DNA of 64,000 nt from Nitrososphaeria archaeon (GCA_029776065.1 JARVJP010000009.1:452514-516513); one strand, 5' to 3'; counted from the first letter of the stretch, positions 38,228-48,119 are shown. Numbers and translations: made by a program. Notes: a model not told the origin generated them from the sequence alone.

Positions 38228-39028
38228 TTACGTTTTTACTTCAAGATGATCTGATATGAAGTTCAAGATTTGGATCACTCCTTCAACCTCTTTTTTAGAA
38301 GCTTTGATAACTTGATTTTGTTTTAATCCTTTTGCGTTTGATATATCTACTACCAGTTTCCCATTAGACTCTACCAGGCTAACGAGTTCTGGGTCAACAT
38401 TCTCAGGTAAAAAAGCGAAATCTGAATAAAGGATGAGCGAGGCATCATTTTGGGAATCGGCAATACCAATAGTATTTTTCCCTTTAGCGACAAATCTTAA
38501 CCCTGTGTACTTGTCATAGCCTCTGGGTTTTATGTCTATGGCCACGCTTGAATGGACAACAGATACTATATTTGTAAAACCCACTGAATCCACGAAAGCT
38601 TGGGCATCTGGCATGTGGCTTTTGGGCGTATTAGTGAACAAACTTATTGTAGCAAGCCTTCTTCGATTCCCTTCGGTTACCCAGTTAAACCCTACTTCAT
38701 CAATCTTCTTTTTGAGTGTGTTAATTGCTTTTAATTCTTCTTCTTTTACTAAAATTTGTTCAGTCTTGCCGTCGAGAGATATCACACACCCCGTTTCCAA
38801 GATATGTCCGTCAAACAAGCTGAATAATCTTCCCAGTTGTTTCTTTACAAAAAGAAGGTCATTTCCTGTACAGGTGTAAATACTTGCAAAGGGTTTAACT
38901 CTTTGAATAGCAAGTTTTAATGTTTTATGAAACTTTTTTGGAATTTTTTCTTCATAATCAAGTAAAGTTCCATGCATGTCTATGCCAATTACGTATTTCT
39001 TATTAATCATCTTAAACCGAACTCCCAA
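38228..39028 (-). CDS. HAD-superfamily (Cof-type IIB) hydrolase
   Basis: IGIDMHGTLLD motif I region and GIADSQNDASL motif IV; 266 aa. Confidence 0.65.
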   Translation of the reverse strand: MGVRFKMINKKYVIGIDMHGTLLDYEEKIPKKFHKTLKLAIQRVKPFASIYTCTGNDLLFVKKQLGRLFSLFDGHILETGCVISLDGKTEQILVKEEELKAINTLKKKIDEVGFNWVTEGNRRRLATISLFTNTPKSHMPDAQAFVDSVGFTNIVSVVHSSVAIDIKPRGYDKYTGLRFVAKGKNTIGIADSQNDASLILYSDFAFLPENVDPELVSLVESNGKLVVDISNAKGLKQNQVIKASKKEVEGVIQILNFISDHLEVKT

Positions 39029-39274
39029 TTAAGTTATTTTAATATCTATCGCATCAATATATTTTTATTAGTAGTGCGTGAAAGATTGTCGTGTTCTAAA
39101 AAGCGTTGATGAAAAATTACTTCATTCATCCTTTTTGCAAAACTTCCACTTAAACCTATTTCCTTCTGATCGTTGTACGAATAAATCTAAAGTTTACACC
39201 TATTTGATATCAATAATTAGCTTATTTGCTATGATAATTATGGCCGTAATTCTTTTATAATTTGCCTCTAATTT

Positions 39275-39769
39275 ATGCGTATGCCTGCCTCATATGCAGT
39301 CAAGAAGCTTAAGGACTTTTTGTCTAGCTCAAAGAAATTCGTCTTCGTTTGTATAGGTAATGAGCTTAGAGGTGATGACCATTTTGGAATATACTTTGGG
39401 CGAAAACTGTTAAAGACACGCTTTAAGTCAAGGACTATCTTAGCTTACAGCACGCCAGAGGCGTACTTAGACGAAGTCCTTAGTAAGGTACCTGATGTCG
39501 TCGTCTTTGTAGATGCAGTTCAAGCTGGGGAGAAGCCTGGGGCGATAGTCGTCGAGGAAATATCTATAGGTTCATCCGTCAGAGTCGGTGTATCTACACA
39601 TAGCATACCTATTGAAGCTGTTGCTTTGTTGATGCAGTCAATGAGCTCTAAAGCGTTAAAGTTCGTTGTTGTCGGTGTCCAGATGGGGCATGTTGAGTTT
39701 GGGAAGGGAATGAGTAAAGAGGTTGTTGAATCTGCGAACTTGCTTTTGAATACAATAAAAGGTCTTTAA
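39275..39769 (+). CDS. hydrogenase-maturation-type endopeptidase (HycI/HyaD/FrhD family)
   Basis: FVCIGNELRGDDHFG matches the GNxxxGDDGxG signature, with the downstream Asp/His ligand region DAVQAG. Confidence 0.6.
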   Translation: MRMPASYAVKKLKDFLSSSKKFVFVCIGNELRGDDHFGIYFGRKLLKTRFKSRTILAYSTPEAYLDEVLSKVPDVVVFVDAVQAGEKPGAIVVEEISIGSSVRVGVSTHSIPIEAVALLMQSMSSKALKFVVVGVQMGHVEFGKGMSKEVVESANLLLNTIKGL

Positions 39770-39775
39770 AACTAT

Positions 39776-40129
39776 TTATGGTAGCGCCTCTTTTTTAGCT
39801 CTCTCAATAGAGAACCTATCAAAGTAGTGTTCTTTGAATCTTTCCACTCTATCATTTCTAACTATTACGCCTTCTTCTTCAAGCATCTTTATCTTCTCTT
39901 TAATTCTTATCTTACCTGAAAAACCTCCTAGTCTACCATCGCTATATACTACTCTATGGCATGGTACAATTGGAGCGTAAGGATTCGTTCTCATGAACGC
40001 TCCTACCGCCCTGGATGCCTTCGGGTTACCTGCGGCTTCTGCAAGAGCCTTGTAAGATGTAACCTTGCCCTTTGGAACCTGTTTGAGTAGTCTATAGACT
40101 AAGTTGCGGTCTATTACTATTGTGCTCAT
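39776..40129 (-). CDS. ogt: methylated-DNA-protein-cysteine methyltransferase (Ogt), C-terminal-domain-only form
   Basis: Active-site PCHRVV and helix-turn-helix YKALAEAAGNPKASRAVG; 117 aa. Confidence 0.8.
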   Translation of the reverse strand: MSTIVIDRNLVYRLLKQVPKGKVTSYKALAEAAGNPKASRAVGAFMRTNPYAPIVPCHRVVYSDGRLGGFSGKIRIKEKIKMLEEEGVIVRNDRVERFKEHYFDRFSIERAKKEALP

Positions 40130-40149
40130 GGAATCTAGGTTTGTTCAAG

Positions 40150-41079
40150 TCATAATAAATCTTCTTGTAATGCTTTATGTCTAAGTACTTCCCTTCTTGT
40201 TGGGAACCCATTTGGCCCTTTATATCTAATCTTTAACCCAGCAGCTATGTTCGCTATCTTTGCAGCCTCCGCTGCGTCGTAACCCCTCAAATATTCTGAT
40301 AGGAAGGCGGCTCCGAAGACATCGCCTGCCCCAGTAGGGTCTTCAACTGCTACGTTAATTGTAGGGACTTCGATTATCGTGTTTTTACTTGCTATGGTAA
40401 CTTTTTCTTTTCCTCGTGTAACTATTCCTACACTAACTCCTATGTCTTTTAACCACTCCATTACGTCCTTAACCTCCATATTGGAAGCTTGGAATTCATC
40501 ATTTCCTATCTTTACTATATCCACTAATTCAAATACAGGCTCGAGTTCTCCTTGGTTAAAAGTTAGTTCAATCCTTCCCTCTTCTCCTATATTTCGCATT
40601 AAACCCTGTGGGTCTAACATCAAAGTTATTTCTTTCCTCCTGAGTTCCTTTAATAATTCTAAATCTACTTCACCCATTATCGGTGCGATGTAGAAGGCTT
40701 TACTGTCAAAGTACTCTCTGGGCAACTCTTTAAAGAGAAGCTTTGGTGTAGTGTTAAAACACTTTTGCCTTCTATTGCCTTCATCGTCATAGGTGTTCTC
40801 AAACGCTAAGGTTCTTTGAGGTAATCTTCTTAAACCTCTAAAATCAATCCCTCTAATTCTACAAAATTGTACTGCTTCTTCATAGTAGTCGAAACCTATC
40901 TGCGAAAACAGAGCTGTCCTGTTTCCGAATAGTGTGAAAATGCTACCTGAGTAGACAGGTGCACCGCCTAAGCTATTTGATATCTGCTCTCCCAGACAGG
41001 TGTTCACGTCTATTGAATAGTTTCCGACTAATATGACGTCGAATAAAGTTGCATCCTTAGGTTTTCTATTTCTAGGCAT
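40150..41079 (-). CDS. PfkB-family sugar/nucleoside kinase
   Basis: C-terminal DPTGAGDVFGAAF motif and N-terminal GG region. Confidence 0.8.
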   Translation of the reverse strand: MPRNRKPKDATLFDVILVGNYSIDVNTCLGEQISNSLGGAPVYSGSIFTLFGNRTALFSQIGFDYYEEAVQFCRIRGIDFRGLRRLPQRTLAFENTYDDEGNRRQKCFNTTPKLLFKELPREYFDSKAFYIAPIMGEVDLELLKELRRKEITLMLDPQGLMRNIGEEGRIELTFNQGELEPVFELVDIVKIGNDEFQASNMEVKDVMEWLKDIGVSVGIVTRGKEKVTIASKNTIIEVPTINVAVEDPTGAGDVFGAAFLSEYLRGYDAAEAAKIANIAAGLKIRYKGPNGFPTRREVLRHKALQEDLL

Positions 41080-41269
41080 CCTAGAATCGTTTAAAGGTGT
41101 ACTTATTTTAAGATAAACCTTCCTCTAGTTCATTGTTGATAAAAATTTTTATAGAGTGGCTATTATCATTTTAATTGTAATATATTTTTTTTTAATTTTC
41201 TGTTTTTAATGGGTTCCCTCATCAAAAGCTTAAATAATATCAAGCTAATATTTTCATGGGTAGAATTAA

Positions 41270-42622
41270 TTGGCTCGTATACTACCAGGTGTTGAAATAC
41301 GTGTAGTTAAAGAAATTGTTCCTCAACAACTTCGTCCCGCCGGTGTCGTAGGCTTATTGGGGACGGCTGAGAAGGGTATTCCATTTGAAGCCGTTCCAGT
41401 AACCAGCTATAGAGAGTATATGGAAAAGTTCGGTTCCAACACTGACTATACGCTAACAAAGGACGCTAGGCTCGCATTTTTAAACGGGGTATCCCAAGTA
41501 TTCGCTGTGAGGGTGGAAGGGGAGCCAGGTAAGCCAGCAGAGATTGGTTTAAAGGACGCTAATGGCAACCCCTCCGTGCTGTTGAAGGCTAGAAGCCCAG
41601 GGCCTGTTGGAAACAATATTGAAGTCGTAGTTATGAGAGGCTCGCAGGAGAACTTGATTCGTCTAGAACTCAGTGATGGAAAGATATCTGAGGCCTTTGA
41701 CGACTTGACAATGGAGGCAGCGAATGAGAGAAATCTTGTTTCATTCTTGAACTCTAAGTCTAAATTGGTTCTAGCAGAAGACGTGAGTAAGAAGAAGTTC
41801 CCTGCGAACACCCCCGCTCCTTTAGAAGCTAAGCTTGCAGGAGGCACTCCTGAGACAATATCAAAGAGCTCTGTGGAAAAGGCCCTTCAAGCCTTTGAAC
41901 TAGAACCAGATATCGATATTGTCTTGGCTGCGGACATAAGTGACCCTGCAGTTCATGCGCTTGTTGACGCCCACTGCAAGAACATGAGTAAAGATGCAAT
42001 GAATAGGATTGGAGTGGGCACAGTGGCTCCTGGTGAAAGCGTTAAGGATATCGTTAAGAGGACAGAGGCGCTTGCAAGCGATAGGTTTGTCTTAGTCGCA
42101 CCTTATGGTGTGGCAGGTGCGGTTGCAGGCCTGCTGAGTAGTCTATCATATTACGAATCACCTACCTTCAAAACTCTGACAGGCATCGATAGTGTAGAGA
42201 AAAGATACTCTCCATCAGAGTTAACGGAACTAGTAAAGGCAGGTGTCTTAGCTGTAGAAATGAGGAGAGGGCGTGGTATAATTGTAGAGAAAGGTATCTC
42301 GACAAGTCAGGAGCAGATCAGTGTAACAAGGGTGGCAGACCGTGCTGTAAGAGGGGTGAAAAACGTAGCTGAAAACTTCATTGGTACATTAAATAGTCCA
42401 GGAGGGAGAACTGCTTTAAAAGAGAAGATAACAGAGTTCCTACTCTCTATGGAAAAGGAGGGTTCTCTTGTGCCTAGTGTTGATGGTAAGAAGCCTCCTT
42501 TCATAGTTGATGTTTACTCTTCAGAAATGGACTTCGCGCAAGGAATAGTTAGAGTAGATGTTGCTGTTAGGCCTGTGAGAGCTATCGATTACGTGTATGC
42601 CACGATAACAGTGGAGGTTTGA
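41270..42622 (+). CDS. contractile tail sheath protein (P2 FI / CIS sheath)
   Basis: N-terminus ILPGVEIRVVKE...PAGVVGLLGTAEKGIPFEAVPVTSYREYMEKFG is the hallmark sheath N-terminal signature. 450 aa. Confidence 0.85.
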   Translation: MARILPGVEIRVVKEIVPQQLRPAGVVGLLGTAEKGIPFEAVPVTSYREYMEKFGSNTDYTLTKDARLAFLNGVSQVFAVRVEGEPGKPAEIGLKDANGNPSVLLKARSPGPVGNNIEVVVMRGSQENLIRLELSDGKISEAFDDLTMEAANERNLVSFLNSKSKLVLAEDVSKKKFPANTPAPLEAKLAGGTPETISKSSVEKALQAFELEPDIDIVLAADISDPAVHALVDAHCKNMSKDAMNRIGVGTVAPGESVKDIVKRTEALASDRFVLVAPYGVAGAVAGLLSSLSYYESPTFKTLTGIDSVEKRYSPSELTELVKAGVLAVEMRRGRGIIVEKGISTSQEQISVTRVADRAVRGVKNVAENFIGTLNSPGGRTALKEKITEFLLSMEKEGSLVPSVDGKKPPFIVDVYSSEMDFAQGIVRVDVAVRPVRAIDYVYATITVEV

Positions 42623-42633
42623 GGTGAAGAAAG

Positions 42634-43035
42634 GTGTCTAATCCGTTTATTGCGTCTGCAAACGTTAGTGTAGTCAAAGTTGACGGGGAGGTCATACCGG
42701 GTGTACAGTCAATCGAATGGAAGATAATAAGAAATAGGCAGAACGTGTACAATATTGGTTCACAAGAGAGAGTTGGTGTTGACGTTGGCCCACTGTATGT
42801 TCATGGGCTGATCAGGGTTAGATCAACTTCAACGAAATTAGATGAGCTTCTACTGAAGGAGGTTAAAGACCTTAAGCCTGTTCAGATTCTTGTCCAAACC
42901 ATGTTAAGGACGGCGAAGGTTAAGGATATATCATTCGACGACGCATACGTTGAAGAAAAGACTTTCTCTATCGACTCTAATGGTGTTGGCATTAGCGTCT
43001 ACACCTTCACAGCAACTAGAGTGAGAGAAACCTAG
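42634..43035 (+). CDS. tail tube protein (P2 FII / CIS tube)
   Basis: 133 aa, VVKVDGEVIPGVQSIEWKIIRNRQNVYNIGSQER tube-family pattern. It sits immediately after the sheath gene. Confidence 0.7.
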   Translation: MSNPFIASANVSVVKVDGEVIPGVQSIEWKIIRNRQNVYNIGSQERVGVDVGPLYVHGLIRVRSTSTKLDELLLKEVKDLKPVQILVQTMLRTAKVKDISFDDAYVEEKTFSIDSNGVGISVYTFTATRVRET

Positions 43036-43037
43036 CT

Positions 43038-43409
43038 ATGCCTAAGAAGCTGTCAAAGGACTTGATCCTTGAGGGAGCGAATAGGAGGGAGACGGTATAC
43101 CTTAGAGAATATGATGCTGAAGTCGTAATAAAACCATTGACAGACGGCGAACTATCAAAGATCTTTTCATCCATAGGAAGTGTTCCTCTAAAAGAAGATG
43201 GAACTCCTGACATAGGGAAGATCGATATCTCAAAGAACTTCGAAATCCTCCGCCTCGCTGCAGTCGAAGGGCTCGTTGAGCCAAAGCTCGCTCTAAAAGA
43301 ACTAGAAGCGATGAAGTTTGGTGTCCCCGAGTTCATAGGTATGAAGGTCTTCGAGATCAGTGGCGTAGTTAGAGGTACTGAGGAGGCTAAAAAAAAAGTT
43401 AGAAGTTGA
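43038..43409 (+). CDS. tail assembly chaperone-like protein (P2 gpE analogue)
   Basis: 123 aa acidic protein between the tube and the tape measure. It ends just after an A9 run, with a long open +1 frame beyond. Confidence 0.4.
   Translation: MPKKLSKDLILEGANRRETVYLREYDAEVVIKPLTDGELSKIFSSIGSVPLKEDGTPDIGKIDISKNFEILRLAAVEGLVEPKLALKELEAMKFGVPEFIGMKVFEISGVVRGTEEAKKKVRS
43389..43397 (+). promoter_or_regulatory. A9 homopolymer: candidate programmed frameshift site (or indel hotspot) at the end of the chaperone gene
   Basis: GCT AAA AAA AAA GTT AGA AGT TGA. The +1 frame is open for 71 codons (43399..43614, including LCLDCGY), and its TGA overlaps the GTG start of the next gene. Confidence 0.4.
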
Positions 43410-43610
43410 AAGCTTCGTAAGAAGCCAGGAAGGCCAAGAACTCGCCACACTATGTCTTGACTGTGGGTACAAGCTTGCCGAGAGTCCCAGAGACTTAACT
43501 CGAGATCAAATTCTTTTTTTGATAGCTGCTCTGGCATTCCGTGCAGAACAGTTAGCGCAGGCAAAGTTGTCTGCACAGGGAATAACAAGAATCAACATAT
43601 CAGAAGGGGG

Positions 43611-45359
43611 GTGAGGAATGAAAGGTTGGAAATTAGGGAAATATTAAGTTCGCTGATTAAAGAAATAAATAGGGTTTTAGCTACGCTTGGGGGAGTACTG
43701 TATAAACCTATAAACAACATCTTCTTGTCTTGTTTGAACATCCTTAAGGTTAGTAGTGACGTTTTCAATAAAATTGCCGATTTCGGTGTCTACGTTTTTC
43801 CCCCTTATTTAAGAGCTATCCAATATAACCTTTTTGAGGAAGGGGTAGAGGTTAAACCGTCTTCATCTCAGCTTATTCAACCGAGTTCGGTTCTACAACC
43901 TCATATTAGCTACTCTCTTGAATTTATTAAGAAGTTGCAACCAACAAGGATAAGAGGTAAAGTGAAAGCTGGTGTTGAAGAGTCTTCAATCTCCTATTAT
44001 CCTTTGACAACGTTTTACGATGATCTTACTGCTCTCACCACTCCTGTCACACTAGTTACTAGTAAAATGGTTAAATCAAAACCTTATACTCTAAAGGCTC
44101 AACAAAGGATGATTAAGGAGCAGATTATTGCTCAAGAAGTTACTCCATCTGTTAAGACGGTTTCAGACTCATTTACCGTGTTAAGAGAAGTTTTTAGAGT
44201 ACTAAGCCTGAAACCAGCTATGATACAGTATGGAAAGAAAACTGCTCTAGGACATACTGATGGAATATATTATGAGATTCTCCCAGAGACGTCTAAAGGC
44301 TTTGATCTAGCGCTTACTTCGGTAATAAGTGCTATCAGTCTACCTTTATATTTGATGTCTGAAGCTGAGTTGTATAAGGTTAAAGGTGAGGCACTACCTT
44401 CTGAGACTGAACTAATTCGCCATATTGAATATTCTTCTGTTCCAGCTTACAGGCCAGTTCTATCCCCTCCTTTAACAGATCGAGACCACCTTTTGATACC
44501 TTTGTTTATATTAGCTTTAAGCTGGGTATCTAAATATATTAAATCACCCCTTCAGCCTCTCCAAAAGAGTTACTTGGACTACATCACTTACTCTAAACAA
44601 GCACTTGATGTTGCAGTTAAACCATCTGGTTTAGGGCCGTCTACTGTCCCCCTATTTATACCACATATTCAAAGTCGAATCGAGTCTTATTTATATTCCA
44701 AAGAGAGTTTAAGCGCTATAGAACAGGCTTACTCGGTCACTCAAAGAGTAGTACCCAGTTTCCCAACATCTAGTGTATTTACTTACTCCCCTGTCAAACA
44801 GCTTACTGAATTTATGGTAGATCTTCAGCCTCTTCTTTTAGGGGCCTCCCATGTCCCATATTCGGACCAACTTGAAGCACATCCTTTGAGTATGTATAAA
44901 GTAAGCGTGTCTTCTATAGCTCTATCAGATTTTCACCCATTTAGACATATGCCTGCTTCCATGGTTAAAGCTTTGATGTTTACTAGACATGCTTTGAATA
45001 AAGTTTTACCATCAAGTTATTTGATGACAGTAGACGGATTTGTCATTAAACAAATAGATATAGTGAGGTTAGAGACCTCATCTCCTCTAGTGACCTCGTC
45101 TATCGAATACACGAGGACGATACGGGAATTTAGGATGGCTGAATTAGAAGCTGAACAGGAAATTTTAGCCTCCAAATCTTACCCATCTTTGAGTACTGAG
45201 AAACCTCTGCTCACCCCATCCTATCTCATACCAGAAGTCCAAAACATCTTTCAAATCACCGTTCCAGAGGAGTCAGATTTAGATCTAAAAGAGTTAGAAA
45301 GAAAGATTACGCGCATTCTTAATGAGCAAGTTCGGAGGTATTATGGTTACCTAAGTTGA
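43611..45359 (+). CDS. tape-measure-like protein (P2 gpT analogue)
   Basis: 582 aa, Ser/Leu/Pro-rich with no enzymatic motifs. It is positioned after the chaperone as in P2 and R-pyocins. Confidence 0.4.
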   Translation: MRNERLEIREILSSLIKEINRVLATLGGVLYKPINNIFLSCLNILKVSSDVFNKIADFGVYVFPPYLRAIQYNLFEEGVEVKPSSSQLIQPSSVLQPHISYSLEFIKKLQPTRIRGKVKAGVEESSISYYPLTTFYDDLTALTTPVTLVTSKMVKSKPYTLKAQQRMIKEQIIAQEVTPSVKTVSDSFTVLREVFRVLSLKPAMIQYGKKTALGHTDGIYYEILPETSKGFDLALTSVISAISLPLYLMSEAELYKVKGEALPSETELIRHIEYSSVPAYRPVLSPPLTDRDHLLIPLFILALSWVSKYIKSPLQPLQKSYLDYITYSKQALDVAVKPSGLGPSTVPLFIPHIQSRIESYLYSKESLSAIEQAYSVTQRVVPSFPTSSVFTYSPVKQLTEFMVDLQPLLLGASHVPYSDQLEAHPLSMYKVSVSSIALSDFHPFRHMPASMVKALMFTRHALNKVLPSSYLMTVDGFVIKQIDIVRLETSSPLVTSSIEYTRTIREFRMAELEAEQEILASKSYPSLSTEKPLLTPSYLIPEVQNIFQITVPEESDLDLKELERKITRILNEQVRRYYGYLS

Positions 45360-45889
45360 TAGGTGGTAGCTTGAATATAAAACTTGATGATATAGATCTT
45401 GTGAAAAGAGTTGACGAGGAAGGCGTTAGGGAGGTTAGGAGCATACTCAACGTTACAATTTTGGGTAAACGTCATGTGAAAGAGTTTAAAGTACCAGGGC
45501 TAGAAGGTAACGTCTTTCAAGACTTAGGACGTGATTCTTTGACGATAATAGTAGAAGGGTTACTTACTGGTCTAAACTCAAAGGATACTTTTAAAGAGAT
45601 GAACTCTAAGTTTAAACTCGGTCGACCGATACCCTTTATCACCGATATTCCATCTTTGACTGAAATATCGGAAGTTGTAGTTGAAGGTTTTAAGGCGAAG
45701 GTTGTCAGCGGGATGTCTTTAAACTATTGGTATCTCCTAACACTTAAGGAGCATAAGAGTAGTCCTCCGAAGCAATCTGAAGTGCCTAGTCAAGAAGAGA
45801 CAGCAAGAGAGGAAACTAAAGAAGCTATAAAGCAGATCCGTAAGGAAGTAGAGTTAAAGTCGGAGGGAAAGGCGCCACTAAAAGGGTGA
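45356..45889 (+). CDS. tail protein, gpU-like by position (hypothetical)
   Basis: 177 aa, overlapping start/stop with its neighbours. Assigned by synteny only. Confidence 0.3.
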   Translation: MIGGSLNIKLDDIDLVKRVDEEGVREVRSILNVTILGKRHVKEFKVPGLEGNVFQDLGRDSLTIIVEGLLTGLNSKDTFKEMNSKFKLGRPIPFITDIPSLTEISEVVVEGFKAKVVSGMSLNYWYLLTLKEHKSSPPKQSEVPSQEETAREETKEAIKQIRKEVELKSEGKAPLKG

Positions 45890-46980
45890 AGGAAGTTGGA
45901 GGGATCTATTCTTTCCGATTAAGTTGGAGAATGGTGACGCAAATGCTCTTTCCAAATTATAAAGTTGAAGTAGGATCTGAAAGCTTTAACCCTGATTCGC
46001 AGTCGATCGTTGGGTTTAATATCAAGTTGGGCTTAGGCCCAAAGGTGGATAGTTTCGAGCTCTTGTTGGTGAAGGATGATCGGAGCTTAAAGATTACTCG
46101 AAACGATTTCGTCAACGTATTTTTAGGGTACGAAGATGATATGGAGAAGGTGTTTTCTGGTTTAGTTGAAACAGTAGAGAAAGGTATCTCGACTGTTAGG
46201 GTTTTTGGGCTAGCTTTCTCAGTGAACTTCCTTTTGTTTAGGATAAATAAGGTGTACCTTAATCAAACGGCAGGGCAGATCGTTTCCGATCTCCTCTCTT
46301 CCGTGAAGCAAAGGATGAAAGAAGTTAAGTGGTTTCCTGTTGAAGAAGGGCAGATAATGGATGGCTTAAGCTTCCCAGTTTACGTTGTTGATAACCGTCT
46401 AAGTGCCTACGAACACATAGAGAAGCTTGCTAAACGATCTAATTACGTATTTTATATATCGTCTGAAAATAAGCTCTTTTTTAAAAAATTTGAAGAAGGC
46501 GAAGTACAAGTACTTAAATACGGAAGGGACATTATTGAAGTGAACGTGACTAAAATGGTTGGTCAATACGATTCGGTTATTGTTTACGGTGAAAGCCCAT
46601 CTAGTTGGTCTGGTCGTGAAACCTACCATTGGCTATCTAAACGAGAGGTTTTTGGGCTTGCCTCTTATAGTTCCACCGAAGGCCAGAAGGAGGTTTCAAG
46701 GAGGCACTTGCTTACAATGCAAGACTCAGTTATAAAGGATGGCGACACAGCATTTACCACAGCAGGAAATGTAGCAAATATTGTTAACAGCGAACTTCAG
46801 GTAGTATTAAAAGTTGTGGGGAGCTCTAAGTTAAAGGTTAACGATACCGTAAAGGTGGAGGGATTAGAAGGTGATGCTTTTAATTCCCAGTTAAGAATTG
46901 TTGAAGTCGAGCATTACTTAAGTAGGGTCGATGGGTTTACTTCGATTATAACATGTGTGCCGGAGGAGAAAGCGTTATGA
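45886..46980 (+). CDS. baseplate hub protein, P2 gpD-like by position
   Basis: 364 aa, a similar size to gpD, in the U-D-V order. Confidence 0.4.
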   Translation: MKEVGGIYSFRLSWRMVTQMLFPNYKVEVGSESFNPDSQSIVGFNIKLGLGPKVDSFELLLVKDDRSLKITRNDFVNVFLGYEDDMEKVFSGLVETVEKGISTVRVFGLAFSVNFLLFRINKVYLNQTAGQIVSDLLSSVKQRMKEVKWFPVEEGQIMDGLSFPVYVVDNRLSAYEHIEKLAKRSNYVFYISSENKLFFKKFEEGEVQVLKYGRDIIEVNVTKMVGQYDSVIVYGESPSSWSGRETYHWLSKREVFGLASYSSTEGQKEVSRRHLLTMQDSVIKDGDTAFTTAGNVANIVNSELQVVLKVVGSSKLKVNDTVKVEGLEGDAFNSQLRIVEVEHYLSRVDGFTSIITCVPEEKAL

Positions 46981-47696
46981 GTATTGTAGAGTTGATAAAG
47001 AAGATCGCAGAAAATGAAGCTAGAAAGATCCACACTATCGAATTAGGTGTTGTAACATCGGTGTTTCCTCACTCGTCTCCTGATGATAAAGATAACTATG
47101 AATGCAACGTAAAACTCAAAAATATGGATTTAGAGCTTCAAAGGGTTCAAATCGCTACACCGATAATCGGTCTAGCTGAGCCACCAAGAGTAGGGGATCT
47201 GGTTCTAATTGCATTTGTCAATGGGGATATCAACTTACCAATTTTGATAGGTCGGCTGTATAATGATGAAGACCGTCCTCCAATAAATGACTTAGAAGAG
47301 GTAGTTTATATCCCCAAATATGAAAGAAACCCCGAACGGAGGCGAGTCTACCTGGAATTTCCTGAAGGGATAGTTCTCAAGGTTACTGACGACGACGTGA
47401 TGGTTAAGACTGGTGAAACGAAGGTGGTTATCCAAAGAGATGGCGATGTTCTGATAGAGTCAAAGGCTAACATAACAGTGAAGGCGGAGGGGGATGCTAA
47501 GATAAAGGTGAAGGGGAGCCTTTCGCTTTCAGCAGCTTCTATAGAAATGGAAAGCGAGAAAAATATGGGTATAAAGGCAGGATCAGATTTGAACATTAAA
47601 TCAGATAGTAATATTGAATTAAAGTCTAGTAGCCAGATGAAGGTTGAGGCTAGTGCTGAAATGAATATAAAAGGAGCGAAGGTGAACATTAACTAG
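46953..47696 (+). CDS. baseplate spike protein (P2 gpV / gp5-like OB-fold plus beta-helix)
   Basis: GDLVLIAFVNGDINLPILIGRLYNDEDRPP matches the Phage_base_V OB-fold motif. The C-terminal repeat run ITVKAEGDAKIKVKGSLSLSAASIEMESEKNMGIKAGSDLNIKSDSNIELKSSSQMKVEASAEMNIKGAKVNIN is beta-helix-like. The true start is probably an internal codon (MSIVEL). Confidence 0.65.
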   Translation: MCAGGESVMSIVELIKKIAENEARKIHTIELGVVTSVFPHSSPDDKDNYECNVKLKNMDLELQRVQIATPIIGLAEPPRVGDLVLIAFVNGDINLPILIGRLYNDEDRPPINDLEEVVYIPKYERNPERRRVYLEFPEGIVLKVTDDDVMVKTGETKVVIQRDGDVLIESKANITVKAEGDAKIKVKGSLSLSAASIEMESEKNMGIKAGSDLNIKSDSNIELKSSSQMKVEASAEMNIKGAKVNIN

Positions 47697-48119
47697 GTGA
47701 AGCTTGTGTCTAATTTGTTGAAAGCAGATTTGAAATTGAAAATTGTTGATGGGGGTGCTGATTTCTCGATTCAGGAGGGGGATTTGGAGATTGTAAGCGA
47801 AGAAGATAATCTAGCACAGTCCATTATACATAGGCTTATGACTGGTAAAGGTGAGCTTTCTGAATTGGGGCATCCAGATTATGGGTCAAGGCTAAATGAT
47901 ATTTTAGGCCAGCCGAATAACGATGAGACAAAGGGTAGAGCTCGAGCTCTAGTATTAGACTGTTTATCCCAGGAAACCAGAATAAAAGATATACTAGATG
48001 TAAAAGTTGAAGCAAATAGGCTTGACTCACATAAGATCGACATAGAGATCTTCGTTGTACCTGTTGGAAGCAATAAGCCTCTAGGTGTTTTTTATTCTCA
48101 ATCTCTCGAAGTGATCTGA
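47697..48119 (+). CDS. gp25/GPW-like baseplate wedge protein
   Basis: LAQSIIHRLMTGKGELSELGHPDYGSRLNDILGQ matches the GPW_gp25 signature; 140 aa. Confidence 0.75.
   Translation: MKLVSNLLKADLKLKIVDGGADFSIQEGDLEIVSEEDNLAQSIIHRLMTGKGELSELGHPDYGSRLNDILGQPNNDETKGRARALVLDCLSQETRIKDILDVKVEANRLDSHKIDIEIFVVPVGSNKPLGVFYSQSLEVI

Noticed and set aside
41080-41270. att-like direct repeat of the tRNA-Arg 3' end at the left edge of the tail island
   Set aside because: A visual search found no copy of the tRNA 3' segment, so I did not call the island a mobile element.
43399-43614. independent gene in the gap between the chaperone and the tape measure
   Set aside because: The open +1 frame has no plausible in-frame start near its beginning (the ORF track, which allows ATG/GTG/TTG, lists nothing there). 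It is therefore more likely an extension reached by frameshift or indel than a separate gene.
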